Part shown: positions 11,335 to 25,400 of the stretch, in pieces
How positions within the stretch are numbered: the first letter of the stretch is position 1
Layout: every line of letters begins with the position of its first letter
Source of the DNA: Mobula hypostoma
Lineage: Eukaryota
Direction of reading: 5' to 3'
Length of the DNA: 64,000 nt
NCBI RefSeq assembly: GCF_963921235.1
Contig: NC_086100.1
Coordinates: forward strand, 202,184,001-202,248,000
Position numbers and translations under genes: made by a program
Notes under the pieces: model-generated
Databases searched by the model: none
What the model was told of the DNA's origin: nothing
The model's input: the letters and a program-made list of their open reading frames with translations, nothing else

Positions 11335-14110
11335 GAGAGAATCCCTCAGAAGCGTGAACCCACGGAAAGCCTCCAGCCCAGACAGGGTACCCGGCCAAGT
11401 ACTAAAGTCCCATGCTGACCAACATGCTGGAGTGTTCACTGATCTTTCATCTCTTGCTTCAGCAGTGTGTGGTACTCACTTGCTTCAAGCAGGCTTGAAT
11501 TATATAAGTGCCTAAAAAGAGTATGGTGACTTGCCTCAGTTACCATTGTCCAGTAGTGCTCACTGTACATCCACTGTGACCACGTGTTTGAGTGGCTGGT
11601 GGTGAAGCATATCAATTCCTGCCTCAGAAGTGACTTGGATCTGCTCCAATTTTCCAACTGGAGCCACAGGTCCTCAGCAGATGCTACTTCCTTGGCTCTT
11701 CACTCAACCCTGGAACATCGGGACAGTGAAGATGCATACATCAGGATGCTCTTTTTGACTCCAGCTCAGCCTTAAATACAATCATCCCCTCAAAAACTAA
11801 TCAATAAGCTCCAAAACCTTGGCCTGAATTCTTCCTTGTGTAATTGTAACCTCAATTTCCTCACTTGTAGACTCCAATCAGGTTGTATTGGCAACAACTT
11901 CTCCTCCACAATCCCCATCAGCACAGATGCCCATAAGTCTGTGTGCTTAGCCCCCTGCTCTGCTTGCTTTACACATGACCAGGTGGCGAACCAAAGCTCT
12001 AATGCCAATTTTAAGTTTGCTGATGACACTAACGTCGTAGGTCGAACCAAAGGTGGTGACGAATCAGCATATAGGAGGGAGAATCAAAATCTGGCTGAGG
12101 GGTGCCATAACAACCACCTCTTACTCAATGTCAGCAAGACCATATTGCTGATTGTAGACTTCAGGAGGGGGAAACCAGAGGTCCACGAGCCAGTCCTCAT
12201 CGGAGTATCAGAGATACTTTAAATTCTTTGGTGTTATCATCTCATCTGCATGGTCCTGAACAGACTGCAGAAAATAGCCGAAAGGGTATTTCCCGAGTCT
12301 CAGTGCAGTTTCAGGTCAGAACGCTCCACAATCGACATGTTCTTCTCACTTCAACAGCTACAAGAGAAATGCAGAGGGCAAAGACAACCACTCTACGTCG
12401 CTTTCATTGACCTTACGAAGGCCTTCGACCTCATGAGCAGAGACAACCTGTTCAAAATCCTCATCAGGATTGGTTGTCCCGCGAGGCTCCTCAGTCATTC
12501 CACACAGACATGAAGGGCGTCGTTCAGTTCGACGACTCTTCTTCGGAGGCCTTCAACATCCGCGGCAGAGTGAAGCAGGGCTGTGTGCTTGCCCCCACCC
12601 TGTTCAGCATCTTCTTCACATTCATGCTGAAGCACGCCTTTGGAACATCAACTGATGGTGTCTACCTCCACACCAGATCAGACAGGAGGCTGTTCAGTCT
12701 GTCCCGGCTGAGGGCGAAAACCAAGGTTCGTGAAGTACTCATCAGGGACATGTTGTTTGCAGATGACGCGGCACTGGCAACACACTCTGAAGAGCAACTG
12801 CAATGCCTCATGGACAGCTTCTCAAGAGCCTGCCAGGACTTCAGCTTGACCATCAGCCTGAAGAAGACCAATGTGTTGGGCCAACGCGTTGAGCAACCCT
12901 CCTGCCATTACCATCAACAACTCTGAGCTGAAGATAGTTCACGAGTTTACATACCTTGGCTCCACCATCACGGACAGCCTCTCCCTAGACCCCGAGATCA
13001 ACAGACGGATCGGACGAGCAGCCTCAACATTCGCCAGGCTGACAAAGAGAGTCTGGGAGAACAGAAAGCTGACAACACACACCAAAGTTGCAGTCTACAG
13101 GGCCTGCGTCCTCAGCACACTGCTTTACGGCAGCAAGACCTGGAGCCTCTACCACAGACAAGAGTGGCGTCTCGACGCCTTCCACCTTCGCAGCCTGAGA
13201 CACATCCTGGACATCATGTGGACTGACCGAGTCACCAACAATGAGGTCCTGGCCCATGCCCAGATACCCAGCCTCTTCACCCTGCTCCAACAACGCCGTC
13301 TCCGCTGGCTGGGCCACGTACACCGTAAGTCAGACGGGAGGACCCCGAAAGACCTGCTGTATGGGGAACTGGCCTCCGGCAAGACAGCACAAGGGCGGCC
13401 CCATTGTCGTTTCAAAGACGTTTGCAAGAGAGACATGAGGTCACTGAAAATGACCGTCGAGAGGTGGGAGGACATCACAAGTGATCACTTTCACTGGAGG
13501 CTGGAACTACGCAGAGGTCTAAAAAGAGGAGAAGAGAAGCTGAGGCTTGCTGCTGAAGAAAAGCGCACTCGTCGGAAAAACAGCACCAAGACAACACTGG
13601 AGGACAGTGCCTTCAAGAGCAGTCGCTGCAGCCGAGACTGTCACTCCCATGTGGGCCTCTACAGCCACAACAGACGCTGCTCTAACACAGACTGAAGCAA
13701 GACTTTCCAGGCGCAGATCCGTGGTCTCACGAGACTAACGGATGCCACTATCACATCCTGTCAGGGATTCTGACCTGGACCCAGCACGCAAGTACAATTG
13801 CGAAGAACGTATGGCAGCGCCTCTACTTTCTTAGAGGTTTGCAAAGATTTGGCTTGTCATCTATAACTTTACCAAACTTCTATAGATGTGTAGTGGAGAG
13901 TATTTTGACCGGTTGCATCGCGACCTGGTATGGAAACAGCAACGGCCTTGAATGGAAAATTCTACAAAAATGAGTGGATAGGTCCCAGTCCATCGGGGTA
14001 AAGCCCACCCCTCCATTGAGCACTGTCACAGGAAAGGAGCATCCGTCAACAAAGACAGCCAGCATCCAGGGCATGCTCTCTTCTCACTGCTGACTTCAAG
14101 AAGGTACAGG
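11335..14110 (+). mobile_element. Rex1/Babar-like LINE, decayed and split by the RTE insertion
   Basis: [33 protein letters not shown]. The 3' part resumes after 13753. Confidence 0.78.
12245..13750 (+). mobile_element. RTE-clade LINE fragment (second family), inserted in a Rex1/Babar element
   Basis: FPESQCSFR, AFIDLTKAFD, VKQGCVLAP, MLFADD, YLGS, RRLRWLGHV and a C-terminal Cys/His motif. Confidence 0.9.
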
Positions 14111-14139
14111 AAGATCTCATCCTTAACAACAGACTCTTA

Positions 14140-17100
14140 AAGAGTGGGGTGACACTTGCAATCTTCTAGTCTTTAGGGACCATGCCAGAATCAAGTGATT
14201 CTTGAAAGATCATGACCAATGCATCTGTTATCTCTTCAGCAACCTCTCTCAGGACTCCGGGATGTAGTCCATCTGGTCCAGGTGACTTATCCAACTTAAA
14301 ACCGTTCAGTTCTCCTTGCACTTGTTCCTTTGCAATAAGCAATGGCACTCAATCCCTGAATCACACGGACCTCTGGCACATTGCTAGTGCCTTCCAGAGT
14401 GAAGACAGATGCAAAGTACCCATTAAGTTCATCTGCCGTTTCTTTGTCCCCCATGACTATGTCATCGGCATCATTTTCCAGTGGTCCAATATTAACTCTC
14501 ACCTCCCTTTTACTCTTTAAATAACTGAAAAACTTTTAGCAATCCTGCTTTATATTAATGGCTAGTTTGCCCTCATATTTCACCTTTTCATTTCTTATAG
14601 CTTTTTTACATAGAACATAGAAATTTACAGCACAATACAGGCCCTTTGGCTCACAATGTTGTGCCAACCATGTAAACTGCTTTAGAAACTGCCTAGAGTT
14701 TCCCTAGTGCATAGACTTCTACTTTTCTCATCTCCATGTACCTATCTAAGAGGTTCTTAAATGACCCTATTGTATCAACTTCCCACTCACTTTTGCTACC
14801 TTATATGCCCTTTCCTTGGATTTTATGCAATCCTTAACTTCCCTTGTCAGCCACAGTTGCCTACCCCTGTCATTTGAGAAAAACTTCTTCTGTGGGACAT
14901 ATCTATCCTATGAACTATTCCCAGAAATTCCAGCATTTCTGTTCTGCCATCACCCCCACCCATATCCCCCTCTAATCCACTAGGGCAAGTTCCTCTCTCA
15001 TGCCTCTGTAGTTCTATTATGACTCTGAAACATGTGACTTGTTTCTCCCTCTCAAATTGCAGTATGAATTCAATCATATTATGATCACTGCCTCCCTCCT
15101 CCTTTACATTAAGCTCCCTAATAAGACTTGAGTTGTTACACAACACCCAATCTAAGATAGTCTTTCTCTGAATAGGCTCAAGCACAAGCTGCTATAAAAA
15201 GCCATCTCGTAGGCATTCAACAAATTCCCTCTCTTGCAATCCAACACCAACCTGATTTTCCCCAATCTTTGCATATTGAAGTCCCCTATTACAATCGTTT
15301 CATTACCTGTATTATATGCCTTTTCCAGCTTCCTTTGGAATCTCAATCCCACATCTTGGCTACTATTTGGAGACCAATATATGATTCCCATAATGGTTTT
15401 TTCTACCCTTGCAGTTTCTTAACTCCACCCACAAAGACTGAACAATCTCTGACCCCATGTCACCTTTTTCTAAAGATGTAATTCCATCTCTTACCAACAG
15501 AGCCACACCACCGCCTTTGCCTTCCTGCCTGTCCTTTCGATACCAAGTATATCCTTTGATGTTAAGCTCCCAACTATGGCCTTCTTTCAGCCACGGCTCA
15601 GTGATGTCCACAATGTCAGTCACCAATCCGTACTTGTGCCACGAGTTCATCCACCTTATTCCAAAGGCTACCTACATTTAAATACAGCTCCTTCAGTCCT
15701 GCATTTTTCACCCTTTTGAATCTTGCCTCTGTGGTACAATCTAACTCTTTCCTCTGTCTGCATTTGCACCCAATCATTGGCTTGTCCATCCTTCCATTCA
15801 CGTTACATCCATCATCTACTTGTATACCTGCTGGTTCCCATCCCCCTCTCTTGTTACAATAGTCATGGAGACTTCAATGTGCAGGTTAGATTGGAAAAAT
15901 CAGGTTGGTGCTCGATTACAAGAGGGGGATTTCTAGAGTGCCTACGAGATGGCTTTTTAGAGCAGCTCGTGGTTGAGAACCTTAGGGGATCAGCTATTCT
16001 AGACTAGGTGTTGCGCAATGAACCAGAATAAATTAGAGAGCTTAAGGTAAAAGAACCCTCAGGGGAAAGTGATCAGAAATAATTGAAATTTCAGAAGGAG
16101 AAGCTAAAGTCAGTGTATCAGCATTATAGTGGACTAAAGGGAATTTCAAAGGCATGAGAGAGGAGTTGGCCAGAACTGAATGGAAAAGAACACTGGCAGG
16201 GAAGACGGCAGAGCACCATGTCTGGGATTTCTAGAAGCAAATTTGAAGGCACGGGGTATATACATCTCAAATGAGGAAGAAGTATTCTAAAGGAAAGATA
16301 ACAACCATGGCTACCAAGAGAAGTCAAAGCCAACATAAAAGCAAAAGGGAGGGCATATAATAGAGCAAAGATTAGTGGGAAGTTAGAGGATTGGGAAGCT
16401 TTTAAAAACCAACAGAAGGCAATTAAAAATGTCATTAAGAAGGTAAAGATGGAATACAAATGTAAGCTAGCTAATAATATTAAAGAAGGTATCTTCAGAT
16501 ACATAAAATGTAAAAGAGAGGCGAGAGTGGATATCAGACTGCTGGAGAACGAAGCTGGAGAGGTAGTAGTGGGGTACACGTAAATGGTGGATGAACTGAA
16601 TAACAATTTTGCATCAGTCTTCACTGTGGAAGACTCAAGTTGTTTGGGAAAGCGAAAGGCCTGAAGGTAGATAAGTCACTTGGATCAGATGGTGTACAGC
16701 CCAGAGTTCTAAAAGAGGTGGCTGAAGAGATTGTGGAGGCATTTTTTTTTTTGATATTTCAAGAATCACTAGATTCTGGAATGGTTCTGGAAGACCGGAC
16801 ATTTGTAAGTGTCACTCCACTCTTCGAGAAGGGAGAGGGGCAGAAGAAAGATGTTGGGAAGATGTTGACGTCAATTATTAAGAATGAGATATGAGGGTAC
16901 TTGAAGGCACTTGATAAAATAGGCTGTAGACAGCATGGTTTCCTCAAGGGAAAATCCTGCCTGATGAATCTGTTGGAATTCTTTGAAGAAATAGCAAGCA
17001 GGATAGACAAAGGAGAATTGGTTGATGTTGTGTACTTCGATTTTCACCAAGGCCTTTGACAAGGTGGCATACATGAGGCAGTTGAACAAGCTACAAGCCC

Positions 17101-17490
17101 ATGGCAAGATTCTAGCATGGATAAAGCAGTGGCTAATTGGCAGGAGGCAAAGAGTGGAAATAAGGGAGCCTTTTTTGGTTCGCTGCTAGCAACGAGTGGC
17201 ATTCCACAGTTGGGAATGATCCTTTTTGCGTTATATGTCAATGACTAGAGGGACATCCTTTTAGAACGGAGGTGAGGAGGAATTTCTTTAGCTAGAAACT
17301 AGCGAATCTGTGGAATTCATTGCCACAGGCAGCTGTGGAGGCCAAGTCTTTATGTACATTTAAGGCAGAGATTGATAGATACTTGATCGAACAGGAGGAG
17401 AGGGTGGAGAATGGGGCTGAGAGAAAAATTGGATCGGCCATGATCAAATGGTGGAGCAGACCCGATGGACCAAATGGCCTAATTATGGTC
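14140..17490. mobile_element. CR1 fragments, minus strand (14140-15840) then plus strand (15850-17490)
   Basis: KSPGPDGLHP, GDFNM, ITEPWL, GGGVALLVR, KSLGSDGVQPRVLKE. Confidence 0.8.
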
Positions 17491-19965
17491 TTATTCCTTT
17501 TCAGAGTGGATGGGGTTCTGTTGAAGATCCTGACCTTGATTTATGCTCAGACTTCTGTACTTTGTGGTAGTGGGACCCAATCCCGGAGTCTTGCTACCAG
17601 CTGCTTTTCGGAATCCCAAGAACACGACCTCGAGGATGAGCGCACCTTCGGAGTTCCAAGGTTCACGGCCCTGTGCACGGACTGATTCTATGCTGGAGCC
17701 ACCAACTGAAGCCTCACGGAAGAAAATGGAAGATCAGGAACAGCAGGATCAGCTATCAGAGGCTCTGTACTCGGCAAATTGCGTGTGTGTGCTCTCTCTC
17801 TCTCTCTCTCTCAGTGGTGAGAGAGAGTCTGTTGCTGATTCTCATGTTGGAGAACTCAGGAAAAGTGATACGACAGGCTTCATCATCACAAATCAGCGAG
17901 TTAGGACCGTAAGACACAGGAGCAGAATTAGACCATTTTCAGCCCATCGAGTCTGCTCCGCCATTCCATCATGGCTGATCCTGGATCCCACTCAACCACA
18001 TACCCCTGCCTTCTCACCATATCCTTTGATGCCCTGACCGAACAGGAAACGATCAACTTCCGCCTTAAATATATGCACAGACTTGGCTTCCACCGCAGTC
18101 TGTGGCAGAGCATTCCACAGATTCACCACTCTCTGGCTAAAAAAATTCCTCCTTACCTCTGTCCTACAGGGTCACCCCTCAATTCTGAGGCTGTGCCCTC
18201 TAGTTCTGGATACCCCAACCACAGGAAACATCCTCTCCACATCCACCCTATCCCGAATCCCTCTAAATTCCAGTGAGTACAGGCCCAAAGCTCACAAACG
18301 CTCCCTCATATGTTAACCACTTCATTCCCAGAATCATCCTCGTGAGTCCTCGGGACTCTCTCCAATGACAACGCATCCTCTCTGAGATATGGGACCCAAA
18401 ATTGTTGACAATACTCCAACTGCGGCCTGACTTGTGTCTTATAAAAAGCCTCAGTATGGTCTTCTTGCTTTTATCTTCAGTTATTTTTGTTGTGTCTCCC
18501 CTCTCGCTGTCCCTTTATTGGGAGAGAGAGCTCCTCTGGTATGTTGAATTGTCGGGTGAACAATTAGTTTTTGTTGTGCTGCAGATCACGGTCTTTCTTG
18601 GGGGCTTGCTATTGCTTGCTTGTTGTGCGGAGAGTGTTGATGCTTTTTTTGCGGAAGTGGGTGGATGGGGGGGGTCAGGGAGTATAATTTCTTTACTGCT
18701 GCTTGTGGCTTGTGTGGGAGGGGAAGGGGGTAGGGGTCTTTGGGTTCTAATGCTTTTACTGTCATTCATTCTTCTGTTTTTGTAGACGTGTGCAAAGAAC
18801 AAGAATTTCCGGATGCACATTCCTCTGATATTAAATGGAACTTCTTGCCCCATCACTGAACTCTTCCAACAACCTATGGACTCACTTTCAAGGACTCTTC
18901 ATCTCATGTTCTCAAAATCTGTTGCTTGTTTATTTGTTATTTTTTCTTCCCTTGTTTTTGCAGAGTGTGTTTTCTTTTGCATATTGATCGTTTGTCCGTC
19001 CTGTTGGGTGTGGTCTTTCACTGATTCTGTTGTGTTCTATTGGGCATTTACTGGGAAGCCCCGTATGAATATGAATCCCAGGGTATTTATGTACTTTGGA
19101 AAGGAATCTACTTTGAACTTTGACTGGAAGGAGGCAAAGAGTGGGAATAGAGGAAGCCTTTCCAATTGGCTGCCGGTGACTGGTGGTGTTCCACATGGGT
19201 CGGACCTGGGACTGCTTCTCTTCCGGTTTTATGTCACTGACGGATGACAAAATTGACAACCTTCTGGCCAAGTTTCTGCATGATATGAAGACAAACCATA
19301 AGACCATAAAACATAGGAGCAGGATTAGGCCATTTGGCCTGTCGAGTCTGCTCCAACAATTCATCGTGGCGGATTTATTGTCCCTCTCCATCCCATTCTC
19401 CTGCCTTCTCCCCGTAACCTCCGACACCCTAATTAATCAAGAGGCTATCAACCTCCACTTGAAATATACCCAATAACAGGGTGGAGGAGCAGGTGGTGTT
19501 GAAGATGCAGGGAGTTTGCAGAAGGAACTAGACAGATTGGGAGCATGGACAAAGAAATGGCGGATGGAACCTGGGGAGTGTAGAGGCACGTCCATTTAGA
19601 ATGGGGATGAGGAGGAATTTCTTTCGCCTGAGGGTGGTGAGTCTGTGGAATTAGTTGCCTCAGACAGCTGTGGAGGCTGAGTCAGTGAGTATACTTAAAG
19701 TGGAGGTTGACAGCTTCTTGACTAGTCAGCGTGTCAAAGGTTATGGGGATAAGGCAGGAGCATGGGGTTGAGAGGGATAAGAAGTCAGCCATGATGGAGA
19801 GGTAGGGCAAACACAACGGGCTGAATGGCCTCATTCTGCTCCAATGTTCATCAACAACATTGTAGGTTCCTGTAGACGCCCCCACAGTTTCTGCAGTGGA
19901 GGTGTGACTGTGAGACCACCCACCCACCAGTGGGGCCAGGGTCCGAGGGAACAAGTGGTCCTTAC

Positions 19966-20074
19966 TGTCTGTGTGAACAGGTCCACTGTCGATGCTGCCT
20001 CCGAGGCCGGGTTTATCACAGAACGGTGGAGCCCAGTGCGGGTCGCAGTGGCAGTTCCCGTTGCTGTTACACAC
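19966..20074 (-). CDS. ADAM33: ADAM33-like exon (109 nt), EGF-like domain
   Basis: [36 protein letters not shown], typical of the ADAM12/19/33 group. Acceptor tgtcag|GTG, donor A|gtaagg, phase 0 to 1. Confidence 0.93.
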
Positions 20075-20229
20075 CTGACAAAGCATGGAGGTGGAGACGT
20101 CAACGCAGAGTTCAGACCAGCACCCTCAGTGTGACAGCATCACCCCTCCAAGACCATAACCCCACCTCTCCCCCTCCCTCGGTGTGACAGGGTTACCCAC
20201 CTGATTCCCACAGTACCCCTTCGGGGTGC

Positions 20230-20960
20230 TGGAGGAGGGAGATGGAGGGGAGAGCAAAGAGGGTAATGGGGAGGAGACAGAAAGAGAGAGAGGAGGGTGA
20301 GAGAGGAGGGTAATAGGGAGGGGTGAGAGAGAGAAGGGTGATGGGGAGGGGCATGAGGGTCTGGCGGGGCAGAGTCCCGGGGGCAGGGGTAGGGGGCAGA
20401 GTCTCAGGAGGAGAGTGGTTAAAATTCGGGGGGCGGGGGGGGGTTCATGGGGGTAGTTAGGGGTGGAGAGATCGTGGGGGAGGGGGGTTTAGTGGGAGTT
20501 TGGGGAGGGAGTCTGGGGGGTTGCTTGGGGTGAGTTCGGGGGTGGGAGTCTGATGGGGAAAGTCCAGTGTGGCGGGGGCTGTGCTCGGGGTGGGGGACTT
20601 CAGGGGGAAATTCAGTGGGGGAGAGAATGAACTCAAAGTGGAGGGGAATGAATTCGGGGTGGGGGACTGAATCCAGGGGCAGGGGTGGATTTGGGGGGGT
20701 TAGGGGGCAGAATTGGTGGGGGAAGTACGGGGGGGGCAGAGCCTGGGTGCAAGGGCAGTATTGGGGGGGTTGGGGGGCAGATTTGGTGGGGGGAGTCTGG
20801 GGGGGTGAGCCCTGGGGGAGGGGGAACAGTCCGGGGGGGGGAGGGAAGAGTCCTGGAGGGAGAGTACCATGGGGGGTGTATTTGGTGGGGTGGAAATTTG
20901 GTGGGATGGGGGGAATCTGGGGGAGTTGGTGGGGGGGGGGAGTCTAGGGAAGGATGGTGG
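20230..20960 (+). repeat. G-rich low-complexity intron, potential G-quadruplex tract on the + strand
   Basis: Dozens of G3-G10+ runs fill most of the 925-bp intron between two ADAM exons. Confidence 0.85.
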
Positions 20961-20999
20961 AATTTGGCGGGCAAGTCTGGGGGCAACGTGAGGACTTAC

Positions 21000-21077
21000 C
21001 CCATGGTGATGGCACTTCTCATCACAGGCAGCAAGGTGAGGGAAAGAGGCATTTCGACATCGGTTCTGCAGGCATAC
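21000..21077 (-). CDS. ADAM33: ADAM33-like exon (78 nt), Cys-rich/EGF-like junction
   Basis: VCLQNRCRNASFPHLAACDEKCHHHG. Acceptor gatcag|GTA, donor GGG|gtaagt, phase 0 to 0. Confidence 0.92.
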
Positions 21078-21279
21078 CTGATCCAGGGCAATGGCAATGG
21101 CACTGGGTGACAATGAGCCCAACTCCTACACCATAACCAACCCACACTGTCCCCACACCCTTCTCCAGTCCAGAAACCCCCAACATCTCCTCCATCACCT
21201 GACTCATCACTTCGTCCCTCCACTGTCAAACCACATTACCCACACTTGATCATCTCCTCACACTCTCACCTACACATCA

Positions 21280-22485
21280 GCCCAAACCATCATCCACCAT
21301 CACCCCAAACCATCAAAAACCGTCACCCACCATCACCCAAACCATCATCCACCATCACCCACCCATCACCCCAAACCATCATCCACCATCACTCACCCAT
21401 CACCCCAAACCATCATCCACCATCACCCACCCATCACCCCAAACCATCATCCACCATCACTCACCCATCACCCCAAACCATCATCCACCATCACTCATCC
21501 ATCACCCCAAACCATCATCCACTGTCACTCACCCATCACCTCAAACCATCATCCAACATCACTCACCCATCACCCCAAACCATCATCCACCATCACCCCA
21601 AACCATCATCCACCATCACCCACCCATCACCCCAAACCATCATCCACTATCACTCACCCATCACCTGAAACCATCATCCACCATCACCCCAAACCATCAT
21701 CCACCATCACCCCAAACCATCATCCACTATCACTCACCCATCACCCCAAACCATCATCCACCATCACTCACCCATCACCCCAAACCATCATCCACCATCA
21801 CTCACCCATCACCCCAAACCATCATCCACCATCACCCACCCATCACCCCAAACCATCATCCACCATCACTCACCCATCACCCCAAACCATCATCCACCAT
21901 CACCCACCCATCACCCCAAACCATCACCCATCACCCCAAACCATCACCCACCATCACTCACCCATCACCCCAAACCATCATCCATCACCCACCCATCACC
22001 CCAAACCATCATCCACCATCACCCACCGCATCCCTCCACTCTCACGCACCCATCACCCCTCCACTCTCACCCACCCTTCACCCCAAACCATCATCCACCA
22101 TCACTCACCCATCACCCCAAACCATCATCCATCACCCCAAACCATCACCCACCATCACTCACCCATCACCCCAAACCATCATCCATCACCCACCCATCAC
22201 CCCAAACCATCATCCACCATCACCCACCGCATCCCTCCACTCTCACGCACCCATCACCCCTCCACTCTCACCCACCCCAACCCACACCATCACCCACCCA
22301 TCATCCCTCCACCGTCACCCACCCATCATCCTACACTGTTACCCACCCATCAACCCAAACCATCAAAATCCGTCACTTACCCATCACCCCTCCACTCACA
22401 CCCACGCATGACCCCTCCACTCTCACCCACCCATCACCCCTCCACTCTCACCCACTCATCACCCCTCCACCCTCACCCACCCATC
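21280..22485. repeat. ~34-bp C/A-rich minisatellite / low-complexity array
   Basis: Unit aaccatcatccaccatcactcacccatcacccca; the + strand is almost G-free. Confidence 0.92.
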
Positions 22486-25400
22486 TGATAGAGATGTATA
22501 AGATGACGAGAGGCATTGATCGTGTGTATGGTCAGAGGCTTTTTCCCAGGGCTCAAATGGCTGCCACAAGAGAACACAGGTTTAAGGTGCTGGGGAGTAG
22601 GTACAGAGGAGATGTCAGGGGGAGGCTTTTTTTAAAACGCAGAGAGTGATGAGTGCGTGGTATGGGCTGTCGGCGATGGTGGCGGAGGCAGATACAATAG
22701 GGTCTTTTAAGAGACTCCTGGATAGGTACATGGAGTTAAGAAAAATAGAGGGATATTGTTAATTCTAGGTAATTTCTAAAGTAACTACAAGTTCGGCACA
22801 GCTTTGTGGGCCAAAGGGTCTGTATTGTGCTGTAGGTTTTCTATGTTTCTATGTTACATGTAATATCGAGGGACAGGAAGGTAGGCAGAGGGGGTGCTGT
22901 GGCTCTACTAGTAAAGAATGGCATCAAATCAGTAGAAAGAAGTGACAGAGGATTGGAAGATGCTGAATCCTTGTGGGTTGATTAAAGAAACTCCAAGGGT
23001 AAAAGGACCCTGACAGCAGTTATATACAGGCCTCCCAACAGTGGCTAGGAGGTGGACCACAGGTTACAACAGGAAATAGAAAAGGCGAGTCAAACAGGCA
23101 ATGTTATGGTAGTCATGGGAGATTTTAACATGCAGGTCGATTGGGAAAATCAGGTTGGTAATGAATCTCAAGAGAGCGAGTTTGTTGAATGCTAGGAGAT
23201 GACTTTCTAGAGCAGTTTGTCATTCATCCTACAAAGGGATCAGCTATACTGGATTGGGTATTATGTAATGAACCTGAGGTGATTAGGGAACCCTGAGAAA
23301 CCAGTGATCACAATATGATTGTGTTCAACTTGGAATTTGATAGGGGGAAAGTAGTCTGATGCAGCAGTATTTCAGTGGAGTAGGGGAAATTACAGTGGTA
23401 TGAGAGAGACTTGGCCGAAGTAAATTGGAAGGAGCTGCTGGCAGGGATGTCAGCAGAGCAGCAATGGTGTGAGTTTCTGGAAAAATGAGGAAGGTGCAGG
23501 ACATGTGTATTCCAAAAATGAAGAAACACTCAAATGGTAAAATAGTACAACTGTGGCTGATAAGAGAAGATTGGTGGAAGAGCAGGTAGTGCTGAGGAAA
23601 ACAGGAAGAATGCAGAAGGACTAAGGCAGATTAGGAGAATGGCCAAGAAAGGGGCAAATGAAATACAATGTTGGAAAATGCATGGTCATGCACTTTGGTA
23701 GTAGAAATAAATGTGCAACTATTTTCTAAACAGGGAGAAAATCCAGGAATCTGCAATGCAGAGGGACTTGGGAGTCCTTGTGCAGAACACCCTGAAAGTT
23801 ATCTTGCAGGTTGAGTCAGTGGTGAGGAAGGCAAATGCCATGTTAGCATTTATTTCAAGAGGTCTAGAATACAGGAGCAGATATATGATGCTGAGGCTTT
23901 ATAAGGCACTGGTGAGGACTCACCTTGAGTATTGTGAACAGTTTTGGGCCCCTCATCTTAGAAAGATGTGCTGGCATTGGAGAGGGTCCAGAGGAGGTTC
24001 ACAAGGATGATTCCAGGAATGAAAGTGTTATCACACGAGAAACATTTGATGGCTCTGGGTTTGTACCCACTGGAATTCAGAAGGATGGGGGGGGGGAATC
24101 TCATTGAACCCTTTTGAATGTTGAAAGGCCTATACAGAGTAGATGTGGAAAGGATGTTTCCTTTGGTGGTAGATTCTTGGACGAGAAGGCACAGCCTCAG
24201 GATAGAGGGGCGCTCTTTCAAAACAGAGATGCGGAGAAATTTCTTTAGCTAGCAGGTGGTGAATTTGTGAAGTTTGTTACCACAGGCAGCTGTGGAGGCC
24301 AGGTTGTTGGGTGTACTTAAGGCAGAGATTGATAGGTTCTTGATTGGATATGGCATCAAAGGTTACGGGGAGAAGGCCGGAAACAGGGGTTGAGGAGGAG
24401 ATAGAAGTAAAGGATCAGCCATGATTGAATGGCGGAGAGACTCAATAGGCCAGATGGCCTAATTCTGCTCCTGTGTCTCATGGTCTTATGATATACTTTG
24501 TATCAAAAGGACAGGCAGGAAGACACAGGCGGTGGTGTGGCTCTGTTGGTAAGAGATGGTATTACATCTTTAAAAAAAGGTGATATAGGGTCAGAGAATG
24601 TTCAATCTTTGTAGATGGAATTAGGAATCTGCAAGGGTAAAAACACCATTATGGGAATCATGTATAGGCCTCCAAATAGTAGCCAAGATGTGGGGTTGAG
24701 ACTGCAAAGGGAGCTGGAAAAGACATGTAATAAGGGTAAAGACACGATTGTAATGGGGGACTTCAATCTGCAAAGTATTTGGGAAAATTGGGTTGCTATC
24801 AGATCACAAGAGAGGGAATTTGTTGAATGCGTACGAGATGGCTTCTTAGAGCAGTTTGTGCTTAAGCTGACTCGGGAAAAGGCTCTCATATATTGGGTGT
24901 TGTGTAATAACCCAGTTATTATGAGGGAACTTAATGTAAAGGAACCCTTAGGAGGCAATGATCATAAGACCAGAAGACCATACAACAAAGGAACAGAATT
25001 AGGCATTTGGCCATCAAGTCTGCTCAATCATTCAATCATGGCTGATCCTTTTTTTTCCCTCCTCAGCTGCACTCTCCAGCCTTCTCCCCATAACTTTTGC
25101 TGCTGTGTCCAATCAAGAACCTATCCAGTTCTGCCTTAAATGCATCCAGCGATCTGGCCTCTACAGCTGTCTGTGGTAATAAATTCCACAAATTCACCAC
25201 CCTCTGGCTAAAGAAATTTCCTTGCATCTCTGTTTTAAGTTGACACTCCTCTGTCCTGAGGCTGTGCTCTCCTACCATGGGGAACATCATTGCCACATCT
25301 ACTTTGTCTAGGTCTTTCAACACTCAAAAGGTTTTAATGAGGTTGCCCCTCATTCTTCTAAATTCCAGCAAGTACAGACAAGAGCTATCAAATGATCCTA

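Noticed and set aside
17543..19247. Several 100-165-aa ORFs
   Set aside because: They cross a CT microsatellite and CR1 or other repeat fragments, with no coherent protein signature.
20567..21668. Gly-rich, Pro-rich and His-rich ORFs
   Set aside because: Low-complexity artefacts of G-rich and CCAT-rich intronic repeats; only 21000-21077 is a real exon.
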